In this document: in pieces, positions 37,336 to 47,500 of the stretch | How the letters are laid out: each line of letters starts with the position of its first letter | Numbering within the stretch: the stretch's first letter is position 1 | DNA from: Thermoanaerobaculia bacterium | GTDB lineage: Bacteria; Acidobacteriota; Thermoanaerobaculia; Multivoradales; Multivoraceae | Direction: 5' to 3' | DNA length: 64,000 nt | NCBI GenBank assembly: GCA_963666565.1 | Contig: OY762911.1 | Span: forward strand, 4,000,001-4,064,000 | Notes under the pieces: generated by a model | Told to the model about the DNA's origin: nothing | Database searches by the model: none | What the model saw: only the letters and a program-made list of their open reading frames with translations | Program-made: the position numbers and the translations under genes

Positions 37336-38646
37336 ATGAGAGCACCTACCACGCGCTGTGTCAGCCAACGAGCTCGCGGTTCGTTCCGAGTCGGAGCCAC
37401 GCTAACGGTGGTGCTCCTCTGCGCGCCCGCGCTGCCCGATCCGCCCAGCGGTGCCCTGCACGGACAGCAGCCGTCCACCGCGCCCACCGTAGCCGGGCGT
37501 CTCATCGGCCCGGACCTGCAACCGGCGGCCGGTCTGGAGGTGCGACTGATCCCGGTCCCGGGCAGCTACGTCCGCCGCCTGTCAGAACTCGGCGTCGCCA
37601 ACGCCGCGCGGATCATCGACCGTACCCGCTCGGATGCCGAGGGGAGCTTCGAGCTGATGGCAACGCGCGCCGGCCCCCACCAGATCGAAGTCATGGCCGA
37701 GGCTCCCGAGACCAGGCCGCCCACCGTTGTCGCCCCGGTCTACGTGCGACTGGTTCTGCGCGCCAAGCCGAATGCCGTCCCGCCCATCCAGCTTCCCAAG
37801 ATGCACCATCTCGTCATCGGCGTCGCGGACGAGGAAGACCAGCCGGTCAAAGGAGCGCTGGTCCTCGTTCAGGCCTCCCAGTGGTCCGACCCTTCGGTCT
37901 GGGCACACAGAGGAAAGACGTCCCCGACGTATGGTCGCGCCAGCGCACGCACGAACGAAGACGGACTGGCGAGGTTCTTTCTTCCTACCGCAAAGTCCAG
38001 CGTCGCCGTCTCGGCATCCGGGTTCAACCTCAGCATCGATGACCTGTCACGGGACCGGGCGGCGTTCAGGCTCGCCCGCGGTGACGGCGTCACGCTCCGG
38101 ATTCTGGATGTCGACGGAGTACCCGTCCCCCGAGCCGTGATCCGGGTCGGCGAGTACCAGGCCATCCCCCTGGCGCTCACCGACGACCGCGGCGAAGCGA
38201 CCGTCGGGTTCCCCGGGGGAAAGGGAATCTCCTACCAGATCGAAGCCGAGGACGGGGCCTTCGCCCGCACCGCGCGCGTGAAGCGCGAGCCCCCGACTGC
38301 TGCCGGACCCCAAACCGTCGAAGTCCGTCTCTGGCCAGCCTTCGAGCTTCGAGGCCAGGTGGTGGACGCGAAGACCAACCTGCCCGTCGAGCTGGCAACG
38401 ATCTGGATCGACGACGGGCTCGAAGGAACTGATCGCGGACAAGACAGACTGGTCTGGGCCCGTCCTGGTGGGGAGTTCACTCTGAAGACCCGCGCCGACT
38501 ACGTGCCACCGGCGATCCGGATCGCCGCCGCGGGCTACAGGACAAAGCGAGTCTGGCTGGGACCGGAGCACTACGCGACCGCCGACCGTCGCAAACCGAT
38601 CCGGGTAGAACTGAAGCCTCAGAAAGGCCGATCCGCGCGGAGATGA
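37336..38646 (+). CDS. Secreted beta-sandwich repeat protein, copy 4 (short, N-terminal modules only)
   Basis: GLEVRLIPVPGSY, GPHQIEV, ARFFLPT, RAAFRL, PLALTDDRGEA match the other copies; ends after about four modules. Confidence 0.8.
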   Translation: MRAPTTRCVSQRARGSFRVGATLTVVLLCAPALPDPPSGALHGQQPSTAPTVAGRLIGPDLQPAAGLEVRLIPVPGSYVRRLSELGVANAARIIDRTRSDAEGSFELMATRAGPHQIEVMAEAPETRPPTVVAPVYVRLVLRAKPNAVPPIQLPKMHHLVIGVADEEDQPVKGALVLVQASQWSDPSVWAHRGKTSPTYGRASARTNEDGLARFFLPTAKSSVAVSASGFNLSIDDLSRDRAAFRLARGDGVTLRILDVDGVPVPRAVIRVGEYQAIPLALTDDRGEATVGFPGGKGISYQIEAEDGAFARTARVKREPPTAAGPQTVEVRLWPAFELRGQVVDAKTNLPVELATIWIDDGLEGTDRGQDRLVWARPGGEFTLKTRADYVPPAIRIAAAGYRTKRVWLGPEHYATADRRKPIRVELKPQKGRSARR

Positions 38647-41600
38647 ACGAGCCCAGAAGCGCTGCAGCCTTCGGGGAGGCCACGGTCACCAGAGATCCAG
38701 CACAAGCTCCGTTACGGCTGGCGAAGCTGGCCCTGGCCACACTGCTTTCGGCGACCTGGCCGGCATCGAGCGGCGATCCGCTGAGCGCCCAGCCTCCGGA
38801 GCTTGCCGACCCCGCCGTGTCCGGGAAGCTGGTCGCCCCGGATGGTTCCGCTGCCGCGGATCTCGAAGTCCGCCTGATCGCGTCACCGGGCAGCTACGCC
38901 CGAAGGCTGCGCGAACTCGGAGAGACCGACGCGATACCGGTCGTCGACCGGAGCCGCACCGATACAGACGGTCGCTTTGTCCTCACGGCGTCGCGGATTG
39001 GCCCTTACCGCCTCGAGATCCTGGCAGCCGTTCCCGACACGACACCGCCAACCGTCCCGGCGCCCGTGTACGCCCTGCTGCTCCCACTCGCCGAGCCGAT
39101 GGTCCTGCCGCCAATCCAGGTGCCCCGGATGCACCACTTCGTCGTCGGCGCGAGAGACGAAGCGGGGGCACCGATCGAAGGCGCCCTGGTCGTTGCCCGA
39201 ACCACTCGCCGGTCGAACCGGGAACGGCGAAGCGTGGAGACGGTCCAGTCGCGGCCCACACCGCCCTGGCGGCAAGCCGCGCAGCCCCGCGAGTCTGAAC
39301 TCGCGCATCCCACGTTCGATCGCGCGACCGCCCGCACCGACGCCCGGGGAATCGCCCGCCTCTCTCTGCCGACCGCCGACGCCAACGTGGTCGTTGCGGC
39401 GCCGGGCTTCGAACTCCGGGCGTCCCTGATTGAAGGCGGGCGCGGCCTATTCGAGCTCAGGCGCGACGCCGGCGTCACCCTCCGGGTGCGGGATCAGCTC
39501 GGCGCGCCGGTTCCCCGCGCGGTGGTCCGCATCGGTGAGAGCATGTCGGTCCCGCTGGCCCTGACGGATGACCGTGGCGAAGCGACCGTCGGGCTGAGCA
39601 CGACACAAGGCATCTCCTTCCAGGTGGAGACGGAGGACCGTTCATTCGGGCGAACCTCGCCGATCGAGTCGTCCGACGACCATTCCGCCGAACCGCGCAT
39701 TGTCGAAGTCACCGTCGCGCCGGCGATTGAACTCGCGGGAAGGGCCGTTGACGCAACGACCCGATTGCCGGTTTCCGATGCAACGATCTGGCTGAACGGC
39801 CGATCCGGCGACCATGCCTGGTCCGATGCCGCCGGCAGCTTTACACTGCGGACTCGCGACGATGCTGGCGCCCTCCACCTGTCCGCCACCGCGCTCGATT
39901 ACCGCGTCCAGGCGATGTCGGTCCCCCTGGAACGAGTGCGTAGCCACCAGGCGATCTCCGTCGTGCTGAACCCGGCGGCCAGGTTCACCGGCACGGTGAC
40001 CGACTCCAGCGGACACCCGGTCGTCGAAGCACGGCTGCTGGTCGACCGCCTGGACCCGGCGGACGCCGGAACCAACGCCGCGAGATCGGGCACCTACTAC
40101 CAGTGGCGGAGCGGCTACGGCCGGGATCACCAGACGACCTCGGCATCCGATGGGACGTTCCGGCTGGAGGGTCTGGACCGCCACCTGTCCTATCTGCTCA
40201 CTGTCGAAGCCCAGGGGTTCGTGCGCTACTCCGTCGAGCTGCCCGGCGCTGGCTCCTCCGGCGCCCAGGATGCCCTCGACATCGTCCTCAGCCGTGGCCA
40301 CCGCACCCGGGGCAAGGTCGTCGACGCTGACAGGCGGCCCGTGCCGGAGGCCGCCATCGCCATCATGCCGTCGATGCGCGATGCCCGCGGCGGCGTCTCC
40401 GTGAGCGCGGACGCCTACCTGACCGCCGCCAGCGACACGGAGGGAGTCTTCGAGTTTCCGGCCGTGGGCCCCGGCAGCTACCAACTGACCGTCGACCATG
40501 CGGAGTTCACAGGCCGGCCGCCGGTAAACATCGACATTCCCGGCGGCGAGGGCGACGTCGATGTCGGTGTCTTCACGCTCACGCCGGGACAGCAGATCGA
40601 AGGCCTCGTCTTCGGCCCGGATCGGCGTCCCGTTGCCGGGGCACGGGTCAGTGCCTTCGACGATCGTCCCGTCCCGGGCCCGATCGACGCCGCTTCCCGG
40701 AGCGCCACCACGGACGACCGCGGACGTTTCCGCATCGGAGGACTGGGAGAACGGCCAGTTCAGGTCGCCGTGGAGGCGGACGGCTTCGCGCCCTACAGCC
40801 TGAAGGCAGTCCGACCCGGCGCGGGCGAGCTGCTGGAGATCGAGCTGGGCCCTGGCGCCACGCTGACCGGGCGCGTCGTCGACGCGGCCGGCGATGCGGT
40901 CTCCGGTGCTTTCGTGACGATCTACAACTTCGATCCCGACATGTGGCGCAGCTCGTTCAGCCCGGTGATGGCGGAAACCGAGGCCGACGGCAGTTTCCGC
41001 CTCGACCTCCTGCGTTCGGGCAGGTGGAGTGCGTCCGCCTTCACCCGGGAGGGAGGTTCGAGTCGTGCCGAGAGCGGCCCCATCCGCCTGGATGAGGGCG
41101 TCGTTCGGGAGATCGAACTCGTCCTGCCGACTGACGGCGCCGACGTCACGGGCATCGTCACGAACCACAATGGAGAGCCCGTGGCGAACGCCGATGTCAC
41201 GATCATCGCGAGCGGTGAACCTGGCGGCGCGTCTCTGCGATCGGCGCCGTCGTGGCAGACGGGTGCAGATCAGCGCGGCCGCTTTCAGTACCGTGGACTC
41301 CCGGCCGGCGCCGCCACGATCATCGCCAGCCATCCGGAGTACCGGATCATCCAGCGCGAGATCAGCCTGGAGTCGGGGTCGAACGAGATTTCGCTGACCC
41401 TTCAGCCGGGCCTTGAGATCACAGGCACGCTGCGGTCCGAGGACGGGCTTCCAGTCGCCCTCGGCGAGATCGATGCGGAACTCCAACCCGCACCGGGGCA
41501 GGATCGCCTGTCCGACGACGTGGTCTGGCGGCGGGGCGGTGTGCACCAATCCGCCCATGCCGTCAGCGACCGCAACGGCGACTATCGACTGGCGGGCCTG

Positions 41601-42527
41601 GACACCGGCGTCTACATTCTGCGGGCGTGGGCCGACGGATACGGGGCGGGCGGCCCGGGCCACCGAGTACGGCTCGAGGGCGGCTCCATTGCCGGCGTGG
41701 ACCTCGTGCTTCCTGCCGAGGCAGCGATCGAAGTGCGGATAGCCGGTGAACCGGTCTCGGGAATCGACGTCGGAGCGCACCAAGGCTACGAGGACTACCG
41801 CACCGCGACGCAGAACCCTAGCGGCGCCTACCGTATCGACGGTCTCGGTCCGGGAGACTGGACCGTGACGGCCCAGGACTTCGGCGGCCGCAGGGCCGAG
41901 CAAACCGTCACTCTCGCACCGGGCGACGAGGCTGTCGTCGAACTCAGCTTCGAGGAGGGTCTGCATCTGACCGGCTGGGTGACGGTCGCGGGCCAGCCGC
42001 CGGGCGGCGGCAACATCGCGCTTCTCAGCGCCAGCCTCTATCCGCGCTGGACCGAACTAGACCGGGACGGGCGCTTTGAACTCCCGGCTGTGCAGCCCGG
42101 CGTCTACAACCTGGCGATCCGCGTCCCCGGGGCGGCCGGCGAGACCACCGGCACGATCTACCAGCGCCAGGTCGAGCTCCAGGAAGACGAGGAGCTTCGC
42201 CTCGACCTGGAACTGCCCGCCGTGCTGACCGGCCTCGTCACCGACAGCGTAGGGCGACCGCTCGCTGGAGCGCTCCTCCTTACCGTCCAGGCCGGCACGG
42301 AGACCATCGCCCCGTCGGCGGTGCTTTCGGGCGCGGGAATGGCCGGTACGGCGCTGACCGACGCGGAGGGCCGGTTCGAGTTGCGGTCGGCCCCAGGCTC
42401 CTGGGATCTGCAGATCGTACGCGAGGGCTTCGAAACACTGATCGTTCCCGTCGAGTTGGCGTTAGCGGAGCACCGCCAGGGTCTCGTCTTCGAACTCCGC
42501 GCTGGCGGGAACCAGCGGCAGAACTAG
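38643..42527 (+). CDS. Large secreted beta-sandwich repeat protein, copy 5
   Basis: ATGA overlap with copy 4; full repeat series; C-terminal QGLVFELR. Confidence 0.85.
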   Translation: MNEPRSAAAFGEATVTRDPAQAPLRLAKLALATLLSATWPASSGDPLSAQPPELADPAVSGKLVAPDGSAAADLEVRLIASPGSYARRLRELGETDAIPVVDRSRTDTDGRFVLTASRIGPYRLEILAAVPDTTPPTVPAPVYALLLPLAEPMVLPPIQVPRMHHFVVGARDEAGAPIEGALVVARTTRRSNRERRSVETVQSRPTPPWRQAAQPRESELAHPTFDRATARTDARGIARLSLPTADANVVVAAPGFELRASLIEGGRGLFELRRDAGVTLRVRDQLGAPVPRAVVRIGESMSVPLALTDDRGEATVGLSTTQGISFQVETEDRSFGRTSPIESSDDHSAEPRIVEVTVAPAIELAGRAVDATTRLPVSDATIWLNGRSGDHAWSDAAGSFTLRTRDDAGALHLSATALDYRVQAMSVPLERVRSHQAISVVLNPAARFTGTVTDSSGHPVVEARLLVDRLDPADAGTNAARSGTYYQWRSGYGRDHQTTSASDGTFRLEGLDRHLSYLLTVEAQGFVRYSVELPGAGSSGAQDALDIVLSRGHRTRGKVVDADRRPVPEAAIAIMPSMRDARGGVSVSADAYLTAASDTEGVFEFPAVGPGSYQLTVDHAEFTGRPPVNIDIPGGEGDVDVGVFTLTPGQQIEGLVFGPDRRPVAGARVSAFDDRPVPGPIDAASRSATTDDRGRFRIGGLGERPVQVAVEADGFAPYSLKAVRPGAGELLEIELGPGATLTGRVVDAAGDAVSGAFVTIYNFDPDMWRSSFSPVMAETEADGSFRLDLLRSGRWSASAFTREGGSSRAESGPIRLDEGVVREIELVLPTDGADVTGIVTNHNGEPVANADVTIIASGEPGGASLRSAPSWQTGADQRGRFQYRGLPAGAATIIASHPEYRIIQREISLESGSNEISLTLQPGLEITGTLRSEDGLPVALGEIDAELQPAPGQDRLSDDVVWRRGGVHQSAHAVSDRNGDYRLAGLDTGVYILRAWADGYGAGGPGHRVRLEGGSIAGVDLVLPAEAAIEVRIAGEPVSGIDVGAHQGYEDYRTATQNPSGAYRIDGLGPGDWTVTAQDFGGRRAEQTVTLAPGDEAVVELSFEEGLHLTGWVTVAGQPPGGGNIALLSASLYPRWTELDRDGRFELPAVQPGVYNLAIRVPGAAGETTGTIYQRQVELQEDEELRLDLELPAVLTGLVTDSVGRPLAGALLLTVQAGTETIAPSAVLSGAGMAGTALTDAEGRFELRSAPGSWDLQIVREGFETLIVPVELALAEHRQGLVFELRAGGNQRQN

Positions 42528-42758
42528 CAGGCCGCGTCAGTCCCCGGAGCTTCGGGTCATACGCTCGCGAGCGGAAGGACTCGATTTCGAAAGGGCCTCG
42601 CCGGGGATTCAGCTTGTCGCGCAGCGGCGCCAGACGCTCCCTCCGGATACGCCGCGGGCGCGCTCGTTGGCCGTCCGAACTTCCGATCGCCTCAGGTCGA
42701 TCCTCCGTTTCCCGCTCCGGGACCGCAGGAACCCCACACGGTCGATCACGCCCCACGT

Positions 42759-43447
42759 TCAACAGTCGAAGCTCCCCGCGAGTTCTGGCAGATGCCGGCG
42801 AAACCGGCGCTGGAAGCTCTTGCTCTCCGCACATACGACCTTCACGGTCCTGGCTACCGCGTCTTCGATCACGGGCGGCAGCGGCGACTCGAGGTTCCAA
42901 TAGAACAAGCGCCGCTCTGCGAACCCGGGTGGCACGTACCACTCGAACCGGAACAACGGCACCCGATCCACGTCGCCTCGTGGTCCCCAGTCGTTGCGAA
43001 GGAACTTCCCCACGGTTTCAGGACACGCTGGAGCGAGCCCTTCCGTCCAGAACGCGAAACCCCCACTGCACGGTTCCTCTTGTGCGGTCGACATGACGGT
43101 CGGATGTTCCCAGGGCGCCGTCAGGCGGTCCAGTCCACCCGCCGCCATCCGACCGCAGTACTGTGGCGCCAGATCGCCGCGCGAGTAGGCCGTGAAACCG
43201 TCATCGTGCACGACAAGCTGGCGTACTCCTGATAGAAGCGGCGGGGGAACCAACCGATGGCCACGTTGACCCGAGGCGGGCCATGGCTGGTGAAGCCGTA
43301 CTGCACCGCGAGACATCCCGGATCCTAACTGTAGATGGAGTTGAGGCAGGAACTCAGAATCGGCAAAACAACCAGCACCGGCGTGTAGAGCAGCGCTCGC
43401 CGGATGTGGGCGACGATTCGCCTGCGTTGGTCAACTGAAGCCGCCAC
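42759..43447 (-). pseudogene. Disrupted lipoprotein gene, paralog of the 1-371 ORF
   Basis: GTG 43447 begins VAASVDQRRRIVAHIRRALLYTPVLVVLPILSSC (lipobox-like); in-frame TAG at 43327-43325; apparent frameshift near 43220 into the frame that carries the homologous C-terminal region. Confidence 0.6.
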
Positions 43448-43549
43448 CGCCGGACGCTACAACACCCCGTCTCAGCGGGCCAGGTCGTAGGATACGCGCC
43501 GGACCGCCCGAAGGCGGCGCCCCCGACTCATCGGCAGAAGGAGAACACT

Positions 43550-44386
43550 GTGGACATCGCGAACAGGATCATGGTCGTCACCGGCGGCGCCTCGGGAATC
43601 GGCAAGGCGCTGGCGGAAGGGTTTCACCGCGAGGGCGCGCGGCACGTCGTCGTCGCCGACCGCGACGAGGCGGGGGCCAAGGAAGTCGCCGGGGCGATCG
43701 GCGGCACGGGCGTCGGGCTGGACGTGGCGGACGAGGGCGCCGTGCGCGACCTGGTCGCGGCGACCCAGTCGAGCATCGGTCCGATCGACCTGTTCATGTC
43801 GAACGCCGGATTCGTGACGATGGGCGGTCTCGAGGTCCCCAACCGGGAGATCAACGACCAGTGGGAGGTCCACGTCATGTCCCACGTCTACGCCGCGCGG
43901 GCCGTCCTGCCCTCGATGATCGAGCGCGGCGAGGGGTACATCATGAGCACGGCCTCCGCGGCGGGTCTGCTGACCCAGATCGGCTCGCTCGCCTACTCGC
44001 TGACCAAGCACGCGGCGGTGGCGCTGGCGGAGTGGATCGCGATCACTCACCACCACCAGGGCATCCGCGTCTCGGTGCACTGCCCGCAGGCGGTGAAGAC
44101 GAACATCGGCGCCAACAGCCCCGACCGGAACCGGCGGCGGGGCCTGTCGGTCGGGGTCGCCTCCGGCGACGGCGTGCTCACGGCCGAGCAGGCCGCCGAC
44201 GCCTGCATCGACGCGGTCCGCGAGGAGCGCTTCTGGGTCCTGCCTCACCCCGAGGTTGCGGAGTACGTCCGGCGCAAGGGGAGCGACATCGACCGCTGGC
44301 TCCACGGCATGAGGCGCTTCCAGGGACGGCTGTACGAGGGCCAGCCGCTCCCCGGCGACTGGTTCGTCGACGCCCGGGACGACTGA
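43550..44386 (+). CDS. Short-chain dehydrogenase/reductase
   Basis: TGGASGIG, SNAG, YSLTK (YxxxK), AAGGAG RBS. Confidence 0.92.
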   Translation: MDIANRIMVVTGGASGIGKALAEGFHREGARHVVVADRDEAGAKEVAGAIGGTGVGLDVADEGAVRDLVAATQSSIGPIDLFMSNAGFVTMGGLEVPNREINDQWEVHVMSHVYAARAVLPSMIERGEGYIMSTASAAGLLTQIGSLAYSLTKHAAVALAEWIAITHHHQGIRVSVHCPQAVKTNIGANSPDRNRRRGLSVGVASGDGVLTAEQAADACIDAVREERFWVLPHPEVAEYVRRKGSDIDRWLHGMRRFQGRLYEGQPLPGDWFVDARDD

Positions 44387-44545
44387 GGCTGCCGGGAACG
44401 GAACCACGGCCCGCGACGCGTCCGTCCCCGGACGATCCGGTCTTCTCGACGCGCTGGCGGCGGCAGGGAACGCGCGCCGCGCGGACCCGCGCGCCCTGGG
44501 CGACGGGCTGCCGAACCGCCTGCAACTCGCGGTAGGCTAACGACA

Positions 44546-47500
44546 ATGACGGCCTTCTCTCTGGACGACAAGTACACCCTTACCGAAGGCCGGGTGGCGA
44601 TCACCGGCATCCAGGCTCTGGTCCGGCTGCCGATGGACCAGCACCGCCGCGACCGCGAAGCCGGCCTGCGCGTCGGCGGGTTCGTCAGCGGCTACCCGGG
44701 ATCGCCTCTCGGCGAATACGACAAGCAACTCATGCGCGCCGGCCGGTTGCTGGCGGACCACGACGTGGTCTGCCAACCGGCGATCAACGAGGAGACGGCG
44801 GCGACCTCCATCTACGGCGCGCAGCTCCTCGAGCGGTTCCCTCACCAGCGGTACGACGGGGTCGTCGGCTACTGGTACGGCAAGACGCCGGGCGTCGACC
44901 GCACGGGCGACGCCTTCCGCCACGGCAACTTCATCGGTACCGGCAAGCACGGCGGGGTGCTCGTGCTGGCCGGCGACGACACGGCGTGCAAGAGCTCGAC
45001 CATCCCCGGCGACAGCACGCCGAGCCTCTTCGACCTCTCGATCCCCGTGCTCTACCCGGGCGATCCGGCGGAGATCCTGGAGTTCGGCCTGCACGGCATC
45101 GCCCTGTCGCGGTTCTCCGGCCTGTGGACCGCCCTCAAGGTGGTGACCAACGTCGCCGACGGCGGCGCGGTCATCGACCTGCCGCGGACGCCGCCGCCGG
45201 TGCTGCCGGAGCTCGAAGTCGGAGGCCGACCGTTCCAGAAGCAGCTCGACATCCGGCTGCTGCCGCCGCACTCGGTGGAGATCGAGCGGCAGATCTTCTC
45301 GGAGCGCACGGCGGCCGCGCTGGCCTACGTCCACGCCAACGGCCTGGACAGCATCCGTTGCGCCGGCCCCGGCGACCGCCTGGGCCTGATCGCCGCCGGC
45401 AAGCCCTACCGCGACCTGCGGCTCGCGCTCCGCCTGCTGGGGCTCGACGAAGCCGCGCTCGATCGTCACGGCATCCGGGTGCTCAAGCTCGGTTGCATCG
45501 CGCCCATCGAAACCCGGCGCCTGCGCGAGTTCGCCGCCGGCCTGGAGGAGATCGTCGTCGTCGAAGACAAGCGCGGCTTCATCGAAGGCCAGGTACGTCA
45601 GACGCTCTACAACCTTCCCGACCGCCCGCTCGTCGGCGGCAAGCGAACGCCGGAGGGCGAGGAACTGTTCCCGGTCCACGGCGAACTGGAGGGTCACCAG
45701 ATGGCCCTGATCCTCGGCGCCTACCTGGAGCGGCGGCTGCCGGGCGCCGTGCCGGCGGAGAACCTGTCCCGCCTGCGGGCGGGCGCCGAGCACGCCGGCA
45801 TGGCAGCGACCCTGCCCGCCGCCCTGCCGCGGACGCCCTACTTCTGCAGCGGCTGCCCGCACAACACCTCGACCCGGTTGCCCGAAGGGTCGGAGGTGGC
45901 CGGCGGCGGCATCGGCTGCCACGCGATGGCGATGTGGATGGACCGCGGCATCGGTTGGGTGCCGCAGATGGGCGGCGAAGGCGCCTGCTGGATCGGCCTC
46001 GCGCCCTTCACGGAACAGGAGCACGTGTTCCAGAACGTCGGCGACGGCACCTACGCGCACTCCGCCAGCAAGGCGATCGAGGCCTGCATCGCCGCCGACA
46101 TGCACATGACCTTCCGCATCCTCTACAACTCGGCCGTGGCCATGACCGGCGGCCAGGATGCGGTGGGACTGCTCAGTTCGATGGGCGTCGCGAAGCAGCT
46201 CCAGATCCAGGGCATGAAGCGGGTCGTCCTGGTGACCGAAGATCTGGAGCGCTTCCCTCATCGCGACGACAACGGAGTCGAGATCCGGCACCGCCGCGAC
46301 TACGACCAGGTGCTCAGGGAACTGCGGGCGATCGAGGGCCCGACGGCCGTCGTCTACGACCAGCAGTGCGCGGCGGAGAAGCGTCGCGAGCGCAAGCGCG
46401 GCATCCAGGAGACGCCGAGCCAGCGCGTCTACATCAACCCGGCGGTGTGCGAGGGCTGCGGCGACTGCGCCGCGAAATCGAACTGCCTCTCCGTGGCACC
46501 GCTCGACACCGAGTACGGCCGCAAGACGCAGATCCACCAGTCGTCGTGCAACCTGGACTACTCGTGCATCGAGGGCGACTGCCCCGCCTTCATGACCGTC
46601 GATCTCGGCGCGGGCACGAAGCCGGTGCGGCGCGCCGCCGCGGCGCCTCTCGCCGAGGATGCGGTCCCCGAACCGGCCGGCAAGCTGCGTGAGAACGACA
46701 CCTTCCGGGCGCTGCTGGTGGGAATCGGCGGCACCGGCGTCGTCACCGTCGACGCGATCCTGGTTACCGCGGCCCTGCTCGAAGGCCGGTACGCGGTCCA
46801 CCTCGACCAGACCGGTCTGGCGCAGAAGGGCGGCGCGGTGGTCTCGAACCTCCTGCTCAGCAGCGAGCCGATCGACCGGGCGAACAAGCTGGGCGAGGGC
46901 GAGGCCGACCTGGCCCTGTCCTTCGACCTCCTGGCCACGGTGGCCACGGACAACATCAAGCGGTTCTCCCGGGAGAACACGGCCGTGGTCGCCAACACCG
47001 CCGGCATCAGCCCGGCCGCAGTCATCACGGACAGTTCAGCCCGCATGCCGCCGCTCGACGAACTGCGCAAGCGGCTCGCCCTGTTCACGGACAGCGACCG
47101 CAGTTGCTTCGTGGATGCCGAGGCCGCCACCGAGCGGCTGCTCGGCAACAGCGTCACCGGCAACATCTTCCTCGTCGGCGCCGCCTACCAGCGGGGCCTG
47201 CTGCCGCTCCAGGCGCGCTTCATCGAGCAGGCGCTGGTCACGAACGGCGTCGCCGTCGAGGACAACATCCAGGCCTTCCGGTACGGCCGGCTCTCCGTCG
47301 CCGATCCGGAGCGGTTCCGGCGCGCCGCCGGGCTTGCCGAACCCGAGGCGCCGACCGCGGCCGCGGCGGTCGACGCCGCCCGCGAGCGGCTCGACCGCTG
47401 GGCGCCGAAGCTCGGGCCGGAACTCGACCGGCTGCTCGCCGGGGCGCCGCGGGGAGGAGCGCTCGACTGTCTCCTGCCCGGCCGCGTTGCCGACATGCTG

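Noticed and set aside
25004-42527. Diversity-generating retroelement or invertase shufflon acting on the array
   Set aside because: No reverse transcriptase, template/variable repeat pair or recombinase is in the window, and the paralogs are too diverged for cassette switching.
42537-42740. Possible remnant of a small antitoxin-like gene (RLAPLRDKLNP...FEIESFRSRAYDPKLR) on the minus strand
   Set aside because: Only a vague recollection of similarity; no clear start or RBS and no toxin partner. Needs a database search.
43325-43327. Pyrrolysine or amber readthrough
   Set aside because: The same gene also appears frameshifted and no pyl genes are visible; decay is the simpler explanation.
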